DNA of 55,691 nucleotides from an uncultured Coriobacteriia bacterium. GTDB lineage: Bacteria > Actinomycetota > Coriobacteriia > Coriobacteriales > QAMH01. Where the stretch lies: assembly GCA_902478425.1 (NCBI GenBank), contig CABSKV010000001.1, forward strand, positions 1 to 55,691, written 5' to 3'. Every line of letters starts with the position of its first letter. Positions within the stretch are counted from its first letter, which is position 1. A program made the translations under genes and the position numbers. The notes below the pieces were generated by a model. The model made no database searches. It saw only the letters and a program-made list of their open reading frames with translations, and was not told the origin of the DNA. This document shows positions 27,451 through 34,814 of the stretch, one piece after another.

Positions 27451-29244
27451 CTATCTTACCGCATCGGCGAACTCGTCGACGAGCTCGTCGAAGTAGGCGA
27501 GCGCCTGCGCCGTCGGCTCGGGCGTGGTCATGTCCACCCCGGCGCCCTTGAGCAGCTCGATGGGCGTCTTGCTCGACCCGCCCGAGAGGAATCCCAGGTA
27601 ATCGGCCACGGCGGACGCACCCTCCTTCAAGATGCGATTCGACAGCGCGATGGCCGCCGAGAATCCCGTCGCGTACTGATACACGTAGTACTGGTAGTAA
27701 AAGTGCGGGATGCGCGCCCATTCGACGGCGATCTGGTCATCCACGACGATGTCGGGGCCGTAATAGCTGGCGTTCAGCTCGCGGTATATCTCGCCGAGCG
27801 CCTCGGCGGTGATACCCTCGCCGCGCGCGGCGATCTCGTTGAAGGCAAGCTCGAATTCGGCAAACATCGTCTGGCGGTACAGCGTGCCCTTGAACTGCTC
27901 GAGGAAGTGGTTGAGGATGTAGGCGCGCTCGCGCGGGTCGGTGCGCGTCTTGAGCAGATGCTGCGTGAGGAGCGCCTCGTTGACGGTCGAGGCGACCTCG
28001 GCCACGAAGATCACGTAATCGGAATAGACGGACGGCTGGGTTTTGCAGCTCAGATAGGTGTGGATGGAGTGGCCCATCTCGTGGATGAGCGTGAAGACGT
28101 CATCGAGCTGCCCCTGGAAGTTCATGAGGATGACCGGATGCATGCCGTAGCCACCGGCGGAATACGCGCCGCTGCGCTTGCCAGGTGTCTCGTATACGTC
28201 GATCCAGCGCATCGACAGGCCCTCGCGCACGATTTCGAGGTAGTCCTCGCCCAACGGCTCGAGCGCTTCGAGGATGAGGTCGCACGCTTCCTCGTAGGTG
28301 AACTCCATGTCGACATCCTCGACAATGGGCACGTAGAGGTCATAGAAATGCAGCTCGTCAACGCCCAACACCTGCTTGCGCAGCTCGACGTACTTGTGCA
28401 TGGGTGCGAAATGCTCGTGTACGCACGAAATGAGGTTAGTGTAGACCTCGGTGGGTACCTCGTTTTGGTCGAGGCAATACTCGAGTGCCGTGGGATATTT
28501 GCGTGCATCCGTGTAGAACTTGAGCTGCTTTGCCTGTGCTCCCAGGGTCGCGGCAGCCGTGTTGCGGAACTGCTCGTATGCCGCGTACAGGGAGGTATAG
28601 GCCGACTTACGCAGCACGCGGTCATCCGACATCATGAGCGGGACGTAGCTGCCATGCGTGACGGGGTGGGTCTCGCCTTGCGCGTCGATGGCATCCTCGA
28701 ACGTGAGGTCGGCATCGTTGAAGAGCGAGAAGATGTGCTCGGGCTGCATGGCCATGTCCTGCGCGCGGGCAAGCAGCTCTTCCTCGGCATCGCCCAGAAT
28801 GTGGCCGCGCTGGCGAAAGACCATGTGCAGGGCACGACGGTATAGCTCGAGTTCGGGGCAGGTGACGAAGAATTGCTCCATCTGCGCATCGTCGAGCTTG
28901 AGGAGCTCGGGGGCAAACCAGCTCGTGGCGCTCGACACCTCCGTGTAGACGGAGATGACCTGCGCGGAGTAATCCTGATAGGTCGCCTTGCGCGTGTCCT
29001 CGTCGAGCTTGCGCTGCGCGTAGTTCACGAGCTTGCCGAGCTCCACGCCCGCCTCGTCGCTCAGCTGCAAGTAGGCAAGGAGCTCCTCGGGCGATTGCGA
29101 GATCTTGCCGCGATACGCCGCGAGTTTGGTTGCGCAGCCCTTCGCTTCCTCGAGCGCAGCGAGGAACGTCTCGTCATCGGCGTAGATGCTGGAGAGGTCC
29201 CAGCGATAGCGCTCGTCGATTTCATCACGCGATTGATATGCCAT
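27451..29244 (-). CDS. pepF: Oligoendopeptidase F (M3B family)
   Basis: Carries the zinc motif HEMGHSIH and matches M3B across its full length and layout. Confidence 0.92.
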   Translation of the reverse strand: MAYQSRDEIDERYRWDLSSIYADDETFLAALEEAKGCATKLAAYRGKISQSPEELLAYLQLSDEAGVELGKLVNYAQRKLDEDTRKATYQDYSAQVISVYTEVSSATSWFAPELLKLDDAQMEQFFVTCPELELYRRALHMVFRQRGHILGDAEEELLARAQDMAMQPEHIFSLFNDADLTFEDAIDAQGETHPVTHGSYVPLMMSDDRVLRKSAYTSLYAAYEQFRNTAAATLGAQAKQLKFYTDARKYPTALEYCLDQNEVPTEVYTNLISCVHEHFAPMHKYVELRKQVLGVDELHFYDLYVPIVEDVDMEFTYEEACDLILEALEPLGEDYLEIVREGLSMRWIDVYETPGKRSGAYSAGGYGMHPVILMNFQGQLDDVFTLIHEMGHSIHTYLSCKTQPSVYSDYVIFVAEVASTVNEALLTQHLLKTRTDPRERAYILNHFLEQFKGTLYRQTMFAEFELAFNEIAARGEGITAEALGEIYRELNASYYGPDIVVDDQIAVEWARIPHFYYQYYVYQYATGFSAAIALSNRILKEGASAVADYLGFLSGGSSKTPIELLKGAGVDMTTPEPTAQALAYFDELVDEFADAVR

Positions 29245-29292
29245 GATTCACCGCTTTCCTGATGTTTTGGTGTTGCAAGACATTGTAGATAT

Positions 29293-29329
29293 AAAAAGAC
29301 GGACTATCCCCCTGAGAAGATAGTCCGTC
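29293..29329 (-). terminator. Intrinsic terminator downstream of ssrA
   Basis: An 11-bp stem (GACGGACTATC/GATAGTCCGTC) is followed on the minus strand by TTTTT. It lies 13 nt after the tmRNA CCA end. Confidence 0.75.
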
Positions 29330-29341
29330 ATCTTCTTGTAT

Positions 29342-29724
29342 TGGTGGAGGTGCGGAGAATCGAACTCCGGTCCACGATAATCCTGCGAAAGGTGTCTCCA
29401 AGCTCAGTCGATGTTCGAATAGGAAACCGCCAGGCACACCGACAAGCGAGCGCGGCTTCCCGCCGGTTCGATCTTAGCCCGGGGCATACCGACTACGTCC
29501 CCGGGAGCAACCTCCTGAAAATGATCCCGTGCAGATGTCAGAGGTTTAGCATCTGGTTGGGAGGGCTGAACCTAAATTAGGCAGCCAGGGCGACAGGCTG
29601 AGCCTGCGCACCCTTGAAAGAAACAACTTTGCCAGTTAATTGGCTTTACCCCTGTTTAACGTGGCGAGGAGACCACGGCCTGCTGCCCTTCGCTCAAACT
29701 ATCCTGTCGAAACCAGTCACCCCC
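29342..29724 (-). ncRNA. ssrA: tmRNA (SsrA), 383 nt including encoded CCA
   Basis: On the minus strand the 5' end GGGGGTGACTGGTTTCGACAGG pairs with the 3' end ...CACCTCCACCA, giving an acceptor stem with a G3:U wobble. The T-arm is GGAGTTCGATTCTCC. The internal tag ORF GGC AAA GTT ... GCC CTG GCT GCC TAA encodes ...PVALAA. Confidence 0.94.
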
Positions 29725-29916
29725 AGTTTCAAACCCTTTTCAAGGAACGTGCCCGCATCAAGCGGGCTATCCAGTATACGCCCCGCTCAGCGGGACTTCA
29801 ACAAAATGTGTAGCGTGCGCATGACATGAGCAAAACATTTGCATAACCTCCACCGAACTTCTTCCCACAAACGCGTGCGAGTCTGATAGACTTTGCAACT
29901 GCGCGAAACGCGCCAG

Positions 29917-29992
29917 GCCGATGTAGCTCAGCTGGTAGAGCACCGCACTCGTAATGCGGGGGTCAAGAGTTCGAGTCTCTTCGTCGGCACCA
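29917..29992 (+). tRNA. tRNA-Thr (anticodon CGT), CCA encoded
   Basis: Folds into a cloverleaf by hand: acceptor GCCGATG/CGTCGGC, D-arm GCTC/GAGC, anticodon arm CCGCA-CTCGTAA-TGCGG and T-arm AAGAG-TTCGAGT-CTCTT, followed by ACCA. Confidence 0.95.
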
Positions 29993-30002
29993 CCAAAACC
30001 CA

Positions 30003-30026
30003 GGGCCCGCGTCGCGGGCCTTTTTG
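30003..30026 (+). terminator. Intrinsic terminator after tRNA-Thr
   Basis: Stem GGCCCGC/GCGGGCC followed by TTTTTGTT. Confidence 0.75.
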
Positions 30027-30041
30027 TTCTAGGAGGCATCC

Positions 30042-30800
30042 ATGGCGTTCTCACTCGACGATCTTGCGGCACACTACGCGCAGCTTCCCGAGGCAGGCGG
30101 CCTCGATAGTCGCTGCGAGATGTTCGTCCCCGGCGGCCTGAACGACCAGACCGTCCTCGACCTGGCATGCCGTCGTGGCCTGGGCGTCTACAAGCTCTCC
30201 GACCACGTGGGTCCGGCCGGCCATGTCATCGGCGTCGATTGGCGCGAGTCCTTCATCGAGCGCGCCCGCGAAGGCGAGGCCCATGCTGTCGAGAAGAACA
30301 AGCTCACCAAAAGCAACATGGAGTTCGTCGTCACCTATCCCGAGATGATCGACCAGATCGGCATCGAGGAGGGTAGCCTCGACTACGTCTACGTCAACAG
30401 CGCCCTCAACCTCTTCTACGATCCGGCGCACGTCATCAAGCTCATCGGCCGCCTGCTCGTGCCGGGCGGCAAGCTCGTGTGCCAGACGGTACTCGCCACG
30501 ACACCGCGCGACAAGCAGGTCATCGCCGAGGCGCGCGCAATCGGAAACGTCGTCCAGGCGGCTCCGAATCGCAAGAACTTCGCGCTCTGGCTGCATAACG
30601 CCGGCATGGACATGCCCACCTACGAGACGCTCGAGGCGCGTCCCATCCAGCCCTGCGACGCCGTGGCCGCAGACGGGCAGGCGCCCGTTGTCGAGACGGA
30701 CGAGGACGCGCGCTTCACGAGCTGCGTCGTGAACGTCGAGAAGCTCGGCGGCTTCGACTACCAGGCCTTCCTGCTCAAGGACATGAGCGATTTTCGCTAG
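30042..30800 (+). CDS. Class I SAM-dependent methyltransferase (first gene of the MoxR/vWA/LRR operon)
   Basis: SD AGGAGG lies 5 nt upstream. Motif I VLDLACRRGLG, post-I VIGVDW, motif II LDYVYVNSAL and motif III LLVPGGKLV are present. It is paralogous to the C-terminal domain of the 34815..37061 product. Confidence 0.85.
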   Translation: MAFSLDDLAAHYAQLPEAGGLDSRCEMFVPGGLNDQTVLDLACRRGLGVYKLSDHVGPAGHVIGVDWRESFIERAREGEAHAVEKNKLTKSNMEFVVTYPEMIDQIGIEEGSLDYVYVNSALNLFYDPAHVIKLIGRLLVPGGKLVCQTVLATTPRDKQVIAEARAIGNVVQAAPNRKNFALWLHNAGMDMPTYETLEARPIQPCDAVAADGQAPVVETDEDARFTSCVVNVEKLGGFDYQAFLLKDMSDFR

Positions 30801-30802
30801 AG

Positions 30803-33088
30803 ATGGGCTGGGGTAGGGAAATGCCGGTTATGACTGGTGGCCTTGACGCCGAAGGCGACGAGGAGTTCTCGAGAATCAAGGAAGTGGCTGTCGTGGCTCT
30901 GAGCGATGGATTGAGAAGCGTCGAGGAAGTCGAGCGCATGCAGGAGATCTTCGCGCGCAACCACGACGAACACGAGCGTCTCGTTCGCGAGGATGCGGCT
31001 GCGTGCTCGGAGGAGCGCGCGCTTATGCTCGATGACGGCACGCTGTGGGAGTACGTGACCGTGCATGACGAGTACGTGCGCATCATCGGCTGCAAGACCG
31101 ACACCGTCACGCTCGAGATTCCCGCCACCATCGAGGACAAGCCGGTGGCCGAGCTAGCCGTCGATGCGTGCTCGTATCTCGAGTCGGTGCGCGAGATCAT
31201 CTGCTCGCCGCAGATCGAGAAGATCGGCAACTGCGCGTTTCGCGCGTGCACGAAGCTCGAACGCCTCGTCTTGCCCCGCAACGTCGAGACCTACGACTCG
31301 TCGTGGGTGCGTGGCTGCCGCAAGCTGTCCGAGCTCACCTTGCCCGGCATGCTCGCGCGCGTCACGTCGAGCATCTTCGACGAGGGACAGCTGGGCACGC
31401 TCGTCATCGGCTTTGCCACCTACGACTTCGCACCGGGCCTCTTTGCCCAGGGCAAGCTCGAGAGCATCCGCATCGATGACGAGAACCCCTACATCACGAC
31501 CGATGGCAAGGCCATCTTCGCGCACGAAGGCACGCATCTGCGCGTGTTGGCGCTGTCTTGCGAGCGCTACGCCGTGCCCGATGGCTGCCAGGTCATCGAG
31601 AAGAAGGCCTTCGCGAATCGCTCCGAGCTCTACGAAGTCGATCTTCCCGACACCATCACCACGATCGAGGACTACGCGTTCTCCTATTCGGGTCTCGAGA
31701 GCTTCACGTCCCCGCGCGACCTGCGCACCATCGGCGAGCGCGCCTTCTTCCGCTGCCGCAAGCTCACCCAGGTCACCCTCGACGAAGGGCTCGTGTCCAT
31801 CGGCGACGACGCGTTCACCGGGACGGGCATCGAGACCTTGCGCGTGCCCGCGACGCTCGAGACGCTGGGCAATAGCATCGCGGCCGACACCAAGCTCAGC
31901 TTCTCCGGAGATGATGCGGGCTTTTCCATCGCCGCAGGCGGCATTCTCGAAATCGACCGCGAGGGCGGCCTGTATCGCAACACGCCCGAGGGCAAGCACT
32001 TCGTGCATCTGCTCGACGACAAGGCGCGTGAGTACACGGTGCAGCCCGGCACGATCGAAATCGAGCCGCACGCCTTCGCGCATCATGCGCACGTCACGAA
32101 GGTCATGCTGCCCGAGGGCTTGCTGCGCATCGGGGGTGCGGCCTTCCGCGATTGCCACGAGCTTGCCATCGCCGACTTTCCCTCGACACTCGAGGAGGTG
32201 GGCGACGAGGCCTTCCTCGACACCTCGCTTTCGCGCGCCTTCATTCCCCGCAACCTTAGGCGCCTTGGCAATACCGCGCTCATCACGCATGGCGCGCACA
32301 ACGGTGACGAGGCCCCCTCCCTCACGAGCATCGGCGTCGAGGAGGGCAACGAGCGCTTCTATTCCGTCCCCGGTCTGCTCATCGAGCGTCACGACGACGG
32401 CTCGCACGTCGTCGTCTACGCCGACGGCACCGAGAGCGTGCGCATCCCCGAGGACGTGACCGTCATCGACCCATACGCCTTCGGCGGAGCACGCCATCTG
32501 CGCGAGCTGTTCCTGAGCGACCGCATCCGTCGCGTCGGCATGCGCGGCTTGAGCCTCGACTGCTTCGTCGAGCACTTCCACATCGACCTCGACGAACCCC
32601 ACGAGGGTCACGCCTGCTTCGACTTCTACTTCCCCGATGCACCGCGTAGCGTGCACGAGATCCAGCTGGCGTTCAACCTGAGCAGCTCGGTCGACCTGGC
32701 ACGCATCTTCAAGCACTACGACAGCGCGATCGTTAACATGCACGAATTCGACAAGCAGGCGAGTATCGCAGGCGACGATTTCGACGTATATGGCCAAGCC
32801 AAACTCGCGATCGAGCGTCTCTCCGATCCCATCCTCATGAGCAGCACCAACAAGATCATGCTCACGCAGGTTCTCACGAAGAACCTCGAGGAGGTATGCG
32901 AGGCGATCGCGCGCCACGACGACCGCTCATTAATTGATGAGCTTATTGAACTGGATGTTCTGAACAAGGATAATCTTCTCGATGTCATCGACCACATCGG
33001 CAAATTGCAGGATGCGGCGATGACCGGGTACTTGCTCGAAATCAAGCGGCGCATGTTCCAGCGCAGCGCCGTGGACTTCGACCTATAG
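30803..33088 (+). CDS. Cytoplasmic BspA-type leucine-rich-repeat (LRR_5) protein with helical C-terminal domain
   Basis: There is no signal peptide or TM segment, and the N-terminus is acidic. Units such as IEKIGNCAFRACTKLERLVLPRNVETY, IEKKAFANRSELYEVDLPDTITTIEDYAFSYSGLESFTSP and IGERAFFRCRKLTQVTLDEGLVSIGDDAF repeat many times. The start is uncertain (ATG 30803, 30821 or 30830). Confidence 0.8.
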   Translation: MGWGREMPVMTGGLDAEGDEEFSRIKEVAVVALSDGLRSVEEVERMQEIFARNHDEHERLVREDAAACSEERALMLDDGTLWEYVTVHDEYVRIIGCKTDTVTLEIPATIEDKPVAELAVDACSYLESVREIICSPQIEKIGNCAFRACTKLERLVLPRNVETYDSSWVRGCRKLSELTLPGMLARVTSSIFDEGQLGTLVIGFATYDFAPGLFAQGKLESIRIDDENPYITTDGKAIFAHEGTHLRVLALSCERYAVPDGCQVIEKKAFANRSELYEVDLPDTITTIEDYAFSYSGLESFTSPRDLRTIGERAFFRCRKLTQVTLDEGLVSIGDDAFTGTGIETLRVPATLETLGNSIAADTKLSFSGDDAGFSIAAGGILEIDREGGLYRNTPEGKHFVHLLDDKAREYTVQPGTIEIEPHAFAHHAHVTKVMLPEGLLRIGGAAFRDCHELAIADFPSTLEEVGDEAFLDTSLSRAFIPRNLRRLGNTALITHGAHNGDEAPSLTSIGVEEGNERFYSVPGLLIERHDDGSHVVVYADGTESVRIPEDVTVIDPYAFGGARHLRELFLSDRIRRVGMRGLSLDCFVEHFHIDLDEPHEGHACFDFYFPDAPRSVHEIQLAFNLSSSVDLARIFKHYDSAIVNMHEFDKQASIAGDDFDVYGQAKLAIERLSDPILMSSTNKIMLTQVLTKNLEEVCEAIARHDDRSLIDELIELDVLNKDNLLDVIDHIGKLQDAAMTGYLLEIKRRMFQRSAVDFDL

Positions 33089-33103
33089 GGGGAGGGCCGA
33101 GGC

Positions 33104-34783
33104 GTGGCGCAGATCACCGACGAGAAGACCGAGCGCTTCAACCGTGCCGCCCGCCTCGCAACTGACATCATCGAGGAATGTCGCGTCCAGCTCATGCTGA
33201 AGTTCCGCTTCCTCGACTTGGCGCTGTGGCGCATGGAGCTCGTCCCGGTGCATTCCCGCGCCCGCTACCCCCTTTCGACGGACGGTACGAACATCTACTT
33301 CGAGCCCTATAGCGTCTTGGCGCGCTTCGAGGAGTCCTTCGACGAGGCGGTGCGCGACTACCTGCACCTCATCTTGCACTGCATCTTCCGTCACCCGTAC
33401 AACCGCGACCACCTGGGCAACCGGGAGGCATGGTCGTTGGCGTGCGATGTCATCGTCGAGAGCGTCGCGATGGAGATGTGCGCGACGCGCTTCACGAGCG
33501 AGCAAGACGCCGACCGCGAGCAATACCTCTCGCAGATCAAGCAGACGATCGGCGCGTTCATGCCGGCCAAGCTCTACCATCTGTTCGACCGCATCATGAA
33601 GAACCCCGAGGGGGCCACGTACTTCAATTACTCGAAGAGCAACATCGTCGAGATGCAGGCGCTGTTCGAGCGCGACAACCACGAGTCGTGGCCGGCCTTC
33701 AACGATTCCGAGGGCGAGGAGAAGCCCGGCGACATCGAGGAGATCGGCGAGGAAGACGAAAGCGCCGAGGAGTCCGCGGACACGAACGCCCAGGACCTGC
33801 AGGCGACAAGCGATATGGAGTCGAGCCAGACCGATACGTCCGACCAGAAGGTGGAGGGTAGCGACGACGGCGATGACGAGCAGGCGTCCGAAGACGACGA
33901 GGGCGAAGATGCCAGCTCGAACGCCGATGGGTCGAGCTTGGACACCTCCAACGACGAGCTCGAGGGCTCGAGCAGCGAGGATGATGCCGACGAGCAGGTC
34001 AACGACGAGACCGCCCACGAGGAGAAGGAGTGGGAGGAGATAAGCCGCCAGATCGAGATGAACCTCGAGACCTTCTCCAAAGAATGGGGCGACGAGGCGC
34101 GCGACCTGATCTCGAGTCTCGCCATCGCCAACCGCAAGACCTACGATTACAGCGACTTTCTGCGACGCTTTGCCACGGTGTCCGAGGACATGCGCATCAA
34201 CGACGACGAGTTCGACTACATCTTCTACACCTACGGCATGAAGCTCTACGGCAACATGCCGCTCGTCGAGCCGCTCGAGTACAAGGAGACCAAGCGCGTG
34301 CGTGACTTCGTCATCGCCATCGACACCTCCGAGTCCGTGAGTGGCAACCTGTGCAAGCGCTTCATCGAGCACACCTTCGACATCCTCATGCAGTCCGAGG
34401 AGTTCGGCAGCAAGGTGAACATCCACATCATCCAATGTGATGCGAAGGTGCAGTCCGACACCAAGATCTCGAACCCCGAGCAGCTCAAGGATTACCTCGC
34501 CAACTTCTACGTGCGCGGATTCGGTGGCACCGACTTCAGGCCGGTGTTCGACTACGTCTCCGACTTGCAGGACCGCGGCGAGCTCGAGGACCTGCAGGGG
34601 CTGCTGTACTTCACCGATGGCCTGGGCTACTACCCCGACAAGATGCCGCCGTACGATGTCGCGTTCGTCTTCATCGACAATGGCGAGACGCATCTGCCGA
34701 GCGTGCCGCCGTGGGCCATGCGCGTGGTGATCGACGAGGATGGCATCAACCGATTCAAGAGCGCCGAGCGCGCCCATTCGTGA
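33104..34783 (+). CDS. DUF2201-type protein: zincin-like N-domain (degenerate HExxH), acidic linker and vWA domain with MIDAS
   Basis: GTG start 8 nt after GGGGGAGGG. H88-LIL-H92-x4-H97 occupies the position of the HExxH motif. Residues ~200-312 are D/E/S-rich low complexity. The vWA core reads FVIAIDTSESVSG (DxSxS MIDAS). Confidence 0.8.
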   Translation: MAQITDEKTERFNRAARLATDIIEECRVQLMLKFRFLDLALWRMELVPVHSRARYPLSTDGTNIYFEPYSVLARFEESFDEAVRDYLHLILHCIFRHPYNRDHLGNREAWSLACDVIVESVAMEMCATRFTSEQDADREQYLSQIKQTIGAFMPAKLYHLFDRIMKNPEGATYFNYSKSNIVEMQALFERDNHESWPAFNDSEGEEKPGDIEEIGEEDESAEESADTNAQDLQATSDMESSQTDTSDQKVEGSDDGDDEQASEDDEGEDASSNADGSSLDTSNDELEGSSSEDDADEQVNDETAHEEKEWEEISRQIEMNLETFSKEWGDEARDLISSLAIANRKTYDYSDFLRRFATVSEDMRINDDEFDYIFYTYGMKLYGNMPLVEPLEYKETKRVRDFVIAIDTSESVSGNLCKRFIEHTFDILMQSEEFGSKVNIHIIQCDAKVQSDTKISNPEQLKDYLANFYVRGFGGTDFRPVFDYVSDLQDRGELEDLQGLLYFTDGLGYYPDKMPPYDVAFVFIDNGETHLPSVPPWAMRVVIDEDGINRFKSAERAHS

Positions 34784-34814
34784 TAAGACGGTCTCGAAGG
34801 AAAGGATTCAGGCC

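Noticed and set aside
29341-29829. ORFs 29341..29580 (+), 29614..29829 (+) and 29225..29437 (-)
   Set aside because: They lie within or across the tmRNA gene and its flanks, and have no SD or coding signature.
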